Assembly (NCBI GenBank): GCA_043718505.1
Contig: JAYSVN010000005.1
Span: 14-64,013 of the forward strand
Length of the DNA stretch: 64,000 nucleotides
Source of the DNA: Minisyncoccota bacterium
Lineage (GTDB): Bacteria; Patescibacteriota; Minisyncoccia; Phycocordibacterales; UBA9973
Direction of reading: 5' to 3'
The notes below the pieces were generated by a model that saw only the letters and a program-made list of their open reading frames with translations, did not search any database and had not been told where the DNA came from. Positions 56,963 through 64,000 of this stretch are shown here, in pieces. The first letter of the stretch is position 1. The number at the start of each line of letters is the position of its first letter. The translations under genes and the position numbers were made by a program.

Positions 56963-57679
56963 CTACACCTTAGTAGCAATCAACTCATCTGAAATAGTTG
57001 CTTCATCTGGATCACTAGCAGCTGGAATAACCACATTACTTGTTTGAAGTATTTTTCTATAAATGTATGCCATAGAAATCTGCATAATAGCTACAGAAAT
57101 AAGTAGTCCAACAATAAGTGCAGCAACGCCGATAAGTATTAGCATAATACAGCCGAGCATGAACAATAGTATTTTTAATCTATGGCCCTTGGTCATGTCC
57201 CTACTCATTTTTAATGATTCCAAAATTTTTACATTACGATCAATAATTAGATACGTAGAAAAATAATAGCGAACAACGATAGCTAATATTGCAAATGTCA
57301 TTAGTGTAAGGAAAATAATTTCCGACACTGAATTCGGAGCAATGTTTAATTCTCTAAATGCGAAAATAATTACTAAAGCAGGGATGATAAGCATTAGTAA
57401 AAATAGAATCATAACACCAATGAATCGCCCAAACTTACTCCACTCAGAAAAAAAGACACCAAAACTCGGTTTAATACCATCGACGGCATTAAGACCGATC
57501 TTCATATATCCCATCGTCAATCCGATACTTACTATGTAGAAGATAGGGCCAATAAAACGAAGATCGCCCAGGGAATTAACCACCACGCTTATTAAGCTTA
57601 TACCGATATAGATCCATGGATGTTTTTTGAAAGTAACCCAGCCGAACTGAAATACTTCCCTAATAGAAAATGTTTTCAT
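56963..57679 (-). CDS. Multi-TM membrane protein (DUF975/GDPD-membrane-domain-like), hypothetical
   Basis: 6-7 hydrophobic helices. No catalytic motif recognised. Confidence 0.45.
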   Translation of the reverse strand: MKTFSIREVFQFGWVTFKKHPWIYIGISLISVVVNSLGDLRFIGPIFYIVSIGLTMGYMKIGLNAVDGIKPSFGVFFSEWSKFGRFIGVMILFLLMLIIPALVIIFAFRELNIAPNSVSEIIFLTLMTFAILAIVVRYYFSTYLIIDRNVKILESLKMSRDMTKGHRLKILLFMLGCIMLILIGVAALIVGLLISVAIMQISMAYIYRKILQTSNVVIPAASDPDEATISDELIATKV

Positions 57680-57891
57680 ATGCTCCGTTTATATCATAAA
57701 GGCCCTTTGATTAATAGGTAAAATAGTGTATTTGACATCCCTCAGCGTTCTGCTAATATGAGCTTAATCGCAATCGCGGTTTTTTGTTTGCCGAACTGGC
57801 TGACGGGGAATAAACCCTTACAAATTAGTCGTATTTTTATAATTAATATATGTTCCGTATCCACTGGGTAAAGGAACCACTATACATTCGT

Positions 57892-59088
57892 ATGGCAACA
57901 GAAGCATTTAAGAGAGACAAGCCTCACGTAAACGTAGGCACAATCGGTCACGTTGACCACGGTAAAACAACCCTTACCGCGGCTATTTTGCATGTTCTGC
58001 AATTGAACGGTAACGTAGTCAAAATGAAGGGTGTCGGCGAAATCGACTCCGCTCCGGAAGAAAAGGCTCGTGGTATTACCATTAACCTTTCTCACAACGA
58101 GTACGAGACAGCAGCTCGTCACTACGCGCACATTGATGCCCCAGGTCACGCTGACTACATCAAGAACATGATTACAGGTGCCGCTCAAATGGACGGTGCT
58201 ATTCTCGTGGTTGCCGCAACTGACGGCGCTATGCCACAGACTCGAGAACACATCTTGCTCGCAAAGCAGGTTGGTGTGCCTCGTATCATCGTTTTCCTCA
58301 ATAAGGTAGACATGGTTGACGACAAAGACATGGTTGACCTCGTCGAAGAAGAAATCCGCGAAATCCTTACAAAGCAAGGTTTTGACGGCGCAAATACCCC
58401 TGTTATCAAGGGTTCAGGCCTCAAGGCACTCGAAGCAAAGGACATTAATGATCCTTGGGCTCAGAAGATTCTTGAGCTTACAAACGCTCTTGATACGTAC
58501 ATTCCAGTTCCAGAACGCGACACTTCAAAGCCATTCCTCATGCCTATTGAAGACATCTTCTCAATTGAAGGCCGTGGCACTGTTGTCACTGGTAAGATCG
58601 AACGCGGCATCGTCAAAGTTGGCGAAGACGTGGAAATTATCGGAATCAAAGACACCCAGAAAACAGTTGTCACCGGTATTGAAATGTTCAACAAGTCTCT
58701 CCAGGAAGGTATGGCTGGCGACAACGCTGGTATCCTTATCCGCGGTATAGCAAAAGATGCTATCACTCGCGGTCAGGTTCTTGCTAAGCCGGGTTCTGTT
58801 ACTCCTCACTCTGAATTTGAATCTGAAGTCTACATCTTGAAAAAGGAAGAAGGCGGTCGCCACACTCCTTTCATGCAAGGGTACAAGCCTCAGTTCTACA
58901 TCCGTACAACAGACGTAACTGGTGAAGTTACTCTGCCAGAAGGTAAAGAAATGGTCATGCCGGGCGATACCGTGACCTTTAAAGTCAAGCTTATTACACC
59001 GGTCGCTCTTGAAGACCAGACTCGTTTCGCTATTCGTGAAGGCGGTAAGACCGTCGGCGCTGGTGTCGTAACTAAGGTCATTAAGTAG
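57892..59088 (+). CDS. tuf: Elongation factor Tu
   Basis: [23 protein letters not shown]..., [26 protein letters not shown]..., NKVDMV. Start trimmed to [12 protein letters not shown]. Confidence 0.97.
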   Translation: MATEAFKRDKPHVNVGTIGHVDHGKTTLTAAILHVLQLNGNVVKMKGVGEIDSAPEEKARGITINLSHNEYETAARHYAHIDAPGHADYIKNMITGAAQMDGAILVVAATDGAMPQTREHILLAKQVGVPRIIVFLNKVDMVDDKDMVDLVEEEIREILTKQGFDGANTPVIKGSGLKALEAKDINDPWAQKILELTNALDTYIPVPERDTSKPFLMPIEDIFSIEGRGTVVTGKIERGIVKVGEDVEIIGIKDTQKTVVTGIEMFNKSLQEGMAGDNAGILIRGIAKDAITRGQVLAKPGSVTPHSEFESEVYILKKEEGGRHTPFMQGYKPQFYIRTTDVTGEVTLPEGKEMVMPGDTVTFKVKLITPVALEDQTRFAIREGGKTVGAGVVTKVIK

Positions 59089-59098
59089 TTTGCCTAAC

Positions 59099-59476
59099 AT
59101 GGCTACAAAAACATCGACAATTCCAAAGAAGAGAGCAAAGAAGGGAGATGCAGCAGCCGCTGAAACAGCAGTTTCAATTCTCCGCATTCGCGTCCGTGCA
59201 TACGAAAGCAAGGTACTTGATGCATCTGTAAAACAGATCATTGATACAGCTACTCGCTACGACGCCAAAGTTCTCGGACCAGTGCCGCTTCCGACAGAAA
59301 TTAAGAAGTACACGGTGAACCGATCTTCTTTCATCTACAAAAATACTCGTGAGCAATTTGAAATGCGCACGCATAAGCGCCTCATTGATATCGTCAATCC
59401 TTCTGCGAAGACGATTGAAGCACTTACCAACCTCTCATTGCCATCCGGCGTCGACATCGACGTTAAGATGCTTTAA
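59099..59476 (+). CDS. rpsJ: 30S ribosomal protein S10 (N-terminally extended ~25 aa)
   Basis: ...IRVRAYESKVLDASVKQIIDTATRYDAKVLGPVPLPTEIKKYTVNRSSFIYKNTREQFEMRTHKRLIDIV... Confidence 0.93.
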   Translation: MATKTSTIPKKRAKKGDAAAAETAVSILRIRVRAYESKVLDASVKQIIDTATRYDAKVLGPVPLPTEIKKYTVNRSSFIYKNTREQFEMRTHKRLIDIVNPSAKTIEALTNLSLPSGVDIDVKML

Positions 59477-59580
59477 AAAGTAATAGGCAATTATCTGTAG
59501 AGCATTTGTAGAGCGGGCATGCAAAACATGCATAGCGTATTCTTCTTGGTTCGATTTCTTTCTGAAGCCATCAAAACTAT

Positions 59581-60213
59581 ATGAAATTTATATTAGGTAA
59601 AAAACAGCATATGACTCAATTCTTCGCCCCAGGCGGGAAGGTTTTTCCTGCAACTGTGGTGAAAGTTATGCCCGGTGTTGTAACGCAGGTAAAGTCAAAA
59701 GAAGCTGACGGCTACGTCGCGGCTCAAGTTGGCTTTGGTGAGAAAAAGGCTGATCGAATTTCGAAGTCAGCCAAAGGTCACTTCAAAGAGCTCGGTAATT
59801 TCTCAGATCTCCGCGAATTCCGCTTTGGAACTACAGCTAGTTCTGGCGCGGGCGCAAGCGATGTTCCGGCTGTCGGCTCAACAATTACACTCGAAGATTT
59901 CACCGAAGGTGACGTCGTTCGTGTCTCAGGTACGACAAAAGGTAAGGGTTTCCAGGGTGTCGTCAAACGACATGGCTTCCACGGTGGTCCTCGCTCACAC
60001 GGCCAGAAACACTCTGAGCGTGAAGCTGGATCTATCGGCGGCGGTTTGCGTACGCACGTGCCAAAAGGTATGCGTATGGCAGGACGCATGGGTAGTGACA
60101 AAGTCACAGTTCGCAATCTCAAAATTCTTCACATTGATAAAGATGAGAATCTCATCATCATTTCAGGTGCAATTCCAGGTCGACGCGGAACTCTTGTTGA
60201 GATTACCGGCTAG
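59581..60213 (+). CDS. rplC: 50S ribosomal protein L3
   Basis: MKFILGKKQHMTQFF..., VRVSGTTKGKGFQGVVKRHGFHGGPRSHG... Confidence 0.95.
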   Translation: MKFILGKKQHMTQFFAPGGKVFPATVVKVMPGVVTQVKSKEADGYVAAQVGFGEKKADRISKSAKGHFKELGNFSDLREFRFGTTASSGAGASDVPAVGSTITLEDFTEGDVVRVSGTTKGKGFQGVVKRHGFHGGPRSHGQKHSEREAGSIGGGLRTHVPKGMRMAGRMGSDKVTVRNLKILHIDKDENLIIISGAIPGRRGTLVEITG

Positions 60214-60258
60214 ATTAGACGCGAAAATTTTTAGTAAAATTTTCGCCCAATAAAAGTT

Positions 60259-60960
60259 ATGGAAGCAAAAATATACAACATAAAAGGTGAATCAGCCGGA
60301 ACAATTAAACTCCCGGAGTCTGTTTTTGGTGCGAAAGTATCATACGATGCAATCCACTCAACCCTCGTCATGCTTCGCGGTAATCAGCGCGCTGGTACAG
60401 CTCAGGTCAAAGACCGTGGCGCTGTTCGCGGCGGAGGCAAGAAACCATGGAGACAGAAGGGAACAGGCCGCGCTCGTCACGGCTCAACCCGCAGTCCGAT
60501 CTGGGTAGGTGGCGGTACAACTCACGGTCCGCTCACAGCCAAAAACTATAATCGCAAGATTAACAAGAAGACTCTTACGTCTGTTTTGTTCGGTGTTCTC
60601 ACTGCAAAGGCTAAAGATAATGAAATTATTTTTGTCGACAGTATGTCGATGAGTGATTTCAGTACAAAGTCTGCAAAGACTGCGCTCGCAAATGTCGGCA
60701 AAGTTGTTGACGCACCACGCATTGCTAATGGAAAGAAGAAAGCTGTACTTGTATTGCTCGGTAGTAATGACAAGAAGACAGTAAAAAGTTTGAGTAATCT
60801 TCCGTCAGTTGAAGTTGAACAATGGAAAAATCTCAATGCTTTGATGGCTGCTTCATACAAGTACATTCTGATTTCTGAACCAAGTGCTGCAGTTGCTTTT
60901 CTTGAAGGCAAGAAGGCTAAAGCTCGCAAAAATGAAAAGCTAAGCGCGAAAGCTGCATAA
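60259..60960 (+). CDS. rplD: 50S ribosomal protein L4
   Basis: ...GGGKKPWRQKGTGRARHGSTRSPIWVGGGTTHGP... Confidence 0.95.
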   Translation: MEAKIYNIKGESAGTIKLPESVFGAKVSYDAIHSTLVMLRGNQRAGTAQVKDRGAVRGGGKKPWRQKGTGRARHGSTRSPIWVGGGTTHGPLTAKNYNRKINKKTLTSVLFGVLTAKAKDNEIIFVDSMSMSDFSTKSAKTALANVGKVVDAPRIANGKKKAVLVLLGSNDKKTVKSLSNLPSVEVEQWKNLNALMAASYKYILISEPSAAVAFLEGKKAKARKNEKLSAKAA

Positions 60961-60964
60961 TTGT

Positions 60965-61312
60965 ATGGCTACAAAAAAAACTACAACAAAAAAAGAAGTC
61001 AGCGCAGTCAGCACAAAAGTTGCTGCAGAAAAAACTGATAAGAAAGAAGTTTCTATTTTAGTGAAGCGCGTTACAGAAAAGTCAGGTTTGGCTTCTGCTA
61101 AACATGCCTACACTTTCCTCGTTCCTATGGATGCCAACAAGACTATGATCGTCGCAGCTTTCAAGAAAGAGTATAAGAAAACTCCGGTCAAAGTTTCAGT
61201 GCTTCGTATGCCAGGTAAGCCACTTTTCCGTGCCGGACGTCCGGCCTGGAAATCAGGTTACAAGAAAGCAGTCGTGACTTTAAAGAAGGATGATAAGATA
61301 GAATTCATGTAA
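60965..61312 (+). CDS. rplW: 50S ribosomal protein L23 (Lys-rich N-terminal extension)
   Basis: ...LVPMDANKTMIVAAFKKEYKKTPVKVSVLRMPGK... core with MATKKTTTKKEVSAVSTKVAAEKTDKK extension. Confidence 0.9.
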   Translation: MATKKTTTKKEVSAVSTKVAAEKTDKKEVSILVKRVTEKSGLASAKHAYTFLVPMDANKTMIVAAFKKEYKKTPVKVSVLRMPGKPLFRAGRPAWKSGYKKAVVTLKKDDKIEFM

Positions 61313-61343
61313 GACGCGCTTGTCGCAATGAATCATAAATAAT

Positions 61344-62192
61344 ATGAAAACATATAAACCAACAACTCCATCTCGCCGCAAAATGGTCACGATCGACTAT
61401 CGTAAGGTTTTGTCAGGCCACAAGCCAACAAAGTCACTGACTCATGGCCAGCAGCGTTCTGTCGGCCGCAACAGCCAGGGCCGCGTCACAACCCGCCACA
61501 AGGGCGGTGGTAACAAGCGCCTCTATCGTGAAGTCGACTTTAAATTCGACAAACGTGATATTTTGGCGCGCGTGACTTCTATCGAATACGATCCAAACCG
61601 CTCAGCATTCATCGGACTTTTGCAATACAAAGACGGTGAAAAGCGCTATGGTGTTTTGCCAAAAGGCGTTGTCGTCGGTGCGGAAATCATGACTTCAGAA
61701 AAAGCAGCCATTAAACCAGGCAACAGACTTCCACTCAAATTTATTCCTGTAGGAACTTTTATTTACAATATTGAAATCAAACCTGAAGGTGGCGCCAAGC
61801 TCGTTCGTTCAGCTGGTACTTTTGCTCAGCTCATCGCTAACGATGCCGGTTACGCTCAGATCAAAATGCCTTCAACTGAAGTTCGCAAAATTCCTGAACT
61901 CGCCTGGGCTTCTGTCGGTACAGTTTCAAACGATGAATACCACCTCATCAACTATGGTAAGGCTGGCCGCTCACGCTGGAAGGGTATTCGCCCGACTGTT
62001 CGTGGTTCTGCCATGAATCCGGTTGACCACCCACTCGGTGGTGGTGAAGGCGCACAGGGTGCCGGCATGAAGCGCGTCAAGAACGTTTACGGTAAAGGTA
62101 TTCGCGGCAAGAAAACTCGCAAGCCAAAGAAATATTCAAACTTCCTCATGCTCACTCGCCGCAAGACCGGCAAGAAGAGAAAGGGACAGTAA
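61344..62192 (+). CDS. rplB: 50S ribosomal protein L2
   Basis: ...GRNSQGRVTTRHKGGG..., ...RSAGTFAQLIAND..., ...VRGSAMNPVDHPLGGGEG... Confidence 0.97.
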   Translation: MKTYKPTTPSRRKMVTIDYRKVLSGHKPTKSLTHGQQRSVGRNSQGRVTTRHKGGGNKRLYREVDFKFDKRDILARVTSIEYDPNRSAFIGLLQYKDGEKRYGVLPKGVVVGAEIMTSEKAAIKPGNRLPLKFIPVGTFIYNIEIKPEGGAKLVRSAGTFAQLIANDAGYAQIKMPSTEVRKIPELAWASVGTVSNDEYHLINYGKAGRSRWKGIRPTVRGSAMNPVDHPLGGGEGAQGAGMKRVKNVYGKGIRGKKTRKPKKYSNFLMLTRRKTGKKRKGQ

Positions 62193-62204
62193 ACTCAATC
62201 TAAT

Positions 62205-62236
62205 GCAAAAACCACCTCATAAAGGTGGTTTTTGCA
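62205..62236 (+). terminator. Rho-independent terminator immediately after rplB
   Basis: CCACCTC-ATAA-AGGTGG hairpin followed by TTTTTGCATTT. Confidence 0.6.
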
Positions 62237-62288
62237 TTTATGGGGTGGTGTGGTAATGTAGGCGAAACCAACTCTTAAACAAAAAAAC

Positions 62289-63203
62289 ATGCAAAGAAAC
62301 TTCATGCAATTACTTGCTGCCATGTGGGCGCAAAACAAATTCGTCTGTGTCGGACTCGACAGCGAATTAGCTAAAATCCCGAAACATATTAAAGACAGAC
62401 ACCTTGAATCTTCACCTGTGTCGCGTCCAATTCGTGATTTCAATATGGAAATCATTGATACCACAAAAGATATTGCCGCGGCGTACAAGCCAAATTTGGC
62501 ATTCTATTTGGGCCTTGGAGAATTTGGCCTTAAAGCTCTTGAAAATACATGTGCGTACATACATCTGACGGCACCTGACGTACCAATTATTCTGGATGCA
62601 AAGTTCGGAGACATCGGCAATACCAATGAGCACTATGCGAGATTTACCTTTGAGGTCATGAAAGCCGATGCGGTTACTGTCCATAACTATATGGGCAGCG
62701 TAGGGATGAAGCCTTTTCTTGACTACAAAGACAAAGGTATCATTGTCCTTTGTCGAACATCAAATGCGGGGTCAGGTGAATTTCAGGAAGTTCCTGTACC
62801 ATCTCGTCTTCAGGAAAGGTACGGTGACTCTTTCTTTGTGTTGGTTGGCAACACAGTTTCAAAAGTCTGGAATGAAAACAATAACTGTATGTTGGTCATG
62901 GGCGGTACATATGCTGAAGACTTTAAAAAAGTTCGTGCTGCTGCACCTCAAATCCCTTTCCTTATACCAGGTATCGGTGCGCAGGGCGGTGATCTTGAAA
63001 ATGCGGTTCGTAACAGCATGACGGAAGATGGTAACGGTTTTATTGTCAACTCGTCTCGTGGTATTATTTTCGCTTCAAACGGTGAGGATTATGCTACGCG
63101 TGCTCGGGAAGAAACAATAAAGCTTAACGATCAAATCAATGAGGTTCGTAAAAAAGTCTTAGCCGAAAGACATCAAAGCAGCCTGCTAAAATATAATAAG
63201 TAG
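62289..63203 (+). CDS. pyrF: Orotidine 5'-phosphate decarboxylase (long/type-2 form)
   Basis: ILDAKFGDIGNT, ...VHNYMG..., LIPGIGAQGG signature motifs. Confidence 0.85.
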   Translation: MQRNFMQLLAAMWAQNKFVCVGLDSELAKIPKHIKDRHLESSPVSRPIRDFNMEIIDTTKDIAAAYKPNLAFYLGLGEFGLKALENTCAYIHLTAPDVPIILDAKFGDIGNTNEHYARFTFEVMKADAVTVHNYMGSVGMKPFLDYKDKGIIVLCRTSNAGSGEFQEVPVPSRLQERYGDSFFVLVGNTVSKVWNENNNCMLVMGGTYAEDFKKVRAAAPQIPFLIPGIGAQGGDLENAVRNSMTEDGNGFIVNSSRGIIFASNGEDYATRAREETIKLNDQINEVRKKVLAERHQSSLLKYNK

Positions 63204-63258
63204 TGATAGGAGGCAAATTAAAAAAGGAGAACACATAATGTTCTCCTTTTATTTTTTA

Positions 63259-64000
63259 CTAAGCAGTTTGTTTGGCTGCATTCATGGCCTGCATAAGCTT
63301 TGGCCAATCATCTTTTGGCTTCCAAACAACATTATTATTAGCAATATCTTCCACCACAGCTTCTTCGTGCTGCTCGTATTCAGGAAACGGTTTTTCGACG
63401 AGAGCAATAATTGGAAACCTCCTTACCCTGTCTTCCTTATCCTTGTAGTTAAAATCATCCGTGAATTTTGGAGAGCGATTGAGAATACTGCAAATACCTT
63501 TTACTGTAGCGCCAAGGCCTTCAATAAGGTCTATTGTCTTCCTTGTTGTTGAAAAATTATTAAGGACATCTTCAACAATGATGACTTTGTCGCCCTCCGC
63601 AATAGTATGTCTGCCAAATTGCAGCTCAGAAATTTCACGTCCGGCACTTGATGCAACCCGGACAATTTTCTTTTCAGCACAAGCATAACGAGCACCGAAT
63701 TCACGTCCATTGTATGCGAGAAACTGGGCAATGCTGATACCGCCCATTTGTGGTCCGACAAAAACGGTACCTTCGTCTACCATATCTGCCAATTTCTTGA
63801 GAAGTTTTTTGGCATAGTGGTCAATGACAACTGGGTATTCTTCAGCCTTGGCAAAATTAGCATAGACATCGCCGACATATTGTTTGTACGTGCCTGCACC
63901 AAAATTTGAAAGGTAACTACCAGCGTAGCCGACAAGCGGACCCAGCCTTTTACCAGTTTTCTGGTCTTTTGGACATTCATAGTAGCCACCTAGAGCATGG
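63259..64000 (-). CDS. pyrE: Type I phosphoribosyltransferase, probably orotate phosphoribosyltransferase (5' end beyond window)
   Basis: ...VFVGPQMGGISIAQFLAY..., PRPP-binding VIIVEDVLNNFSTTRKTI. Reading frame continues open to the window edge (listed TTG-start ORF 63259..63792 is a truncation). Convergent with pyrF. Confidence 0.65.
   Translation of the reverse strand, partial: HALGGYYECPKDQKTGKRLGPLVGYAGSYLSNFGAGTYKQYVGDVYANFAKAEEYPVVIDHYAKKLLKKLADMVDEGTVFVGPQMGGISIAQFLAYNGREFGARYACAEKKIVRVASSAGREISELQFGRHTIAEGDKVIIVEDVLNNFSTTRKTIDLIEGLGATVKGICSILNRSPKFTDDFNYKDKEDRVRRFPIIALVEKPFPEYEQHEEAVVEDIANNNVVWKPKDDWPKLMQAMNAAKQTA

Noticed and set aside
59477-59580. 104-nt rpsJ-rplC spacer with GCATGCAAAACATGCAT palindrome as a possible L4 autoregulatory leader
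   Set aside because: Only a short 5-6-bp stem. The E. coli L4-responsive element lies upstream of rpsJ, not here. Insufficient evidence.
1-64000. CRISPR arrays, IS elements, prophage genes
   Set aside because: No regularly spaced direct repeats and no transposase or phage structural genes seen. The only tandem repeats are intragenic (CBM modules at 52.2-55.0 kb, Tyr-heptads at 29.3-29.5 kb).

Overview
Low-GC, gene-dense bacterial window with a Candidate-Phyla-Radiation/Patescibacteria-like flavour: small proteins, tRNA genes without encoded CCA, RNase Y, and many secreted low-complexity or giant surface proteins. Housekeeping genes recognised: pnp, rpsO, xerD-like, xth, msrA, cca, hup, rny, clpP, tig, H+-PPase, nusA, tpiA, pgk, rpmB, and an str/S10 ribosomal cluster (rpsL, rpsG, fusA, tuf, rpsJ, rplC, rplD, rplW, rplB). 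That cluster is interrupted by inserted genes and followed by pyrF/pyrE. Four tRNAs are present (Arg-TCG, Gly-GCC, Pro-TGG, Gly-CCC). The most unusual locus is 20.9-25.9 kb. It holds a clear Ro60/Rsr ortholog (TROVE + vWA/MIDAS) flanked on both sides by long (~1.15 kb and ~0.9 kb), hairpin-dense noncoding regions, which is atypical at this coding density. A consensus sigma70 promoter sits about 500 nt upstream of rsr. Downstream are three small orphan ORFs preceded by paralogous leader modules: a shared GGGTGACC...GGTCACCC hairpin, a second hairpin showing a compensatory G-C to C-G change with a conserved G.U wobble (RNA-level structure), and a conserved TCAYTCACAYCTAAA box. This looks like an undescribed Ro60-associated structured-RNA (Y-RNA-like) locus. 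Other notable items: an AAA_28 ATPase-CYTH fusion, an arginase-family/deoxyhypusine-synthase-like gene pair, a 1539-aa surface protein (GSDH-like beta-propeller + PKD + 5 tandem CBM-like modules), a BNR/Asp-box repeat protein, a Tyr-rich TSTGYYP-repeat secreted protein, an unannotated 43-aa membrane ORF with its own consensus promoter and terminator, and a promoter-to-terminator bounded ~430-nt transcript of doubtful coding potential.
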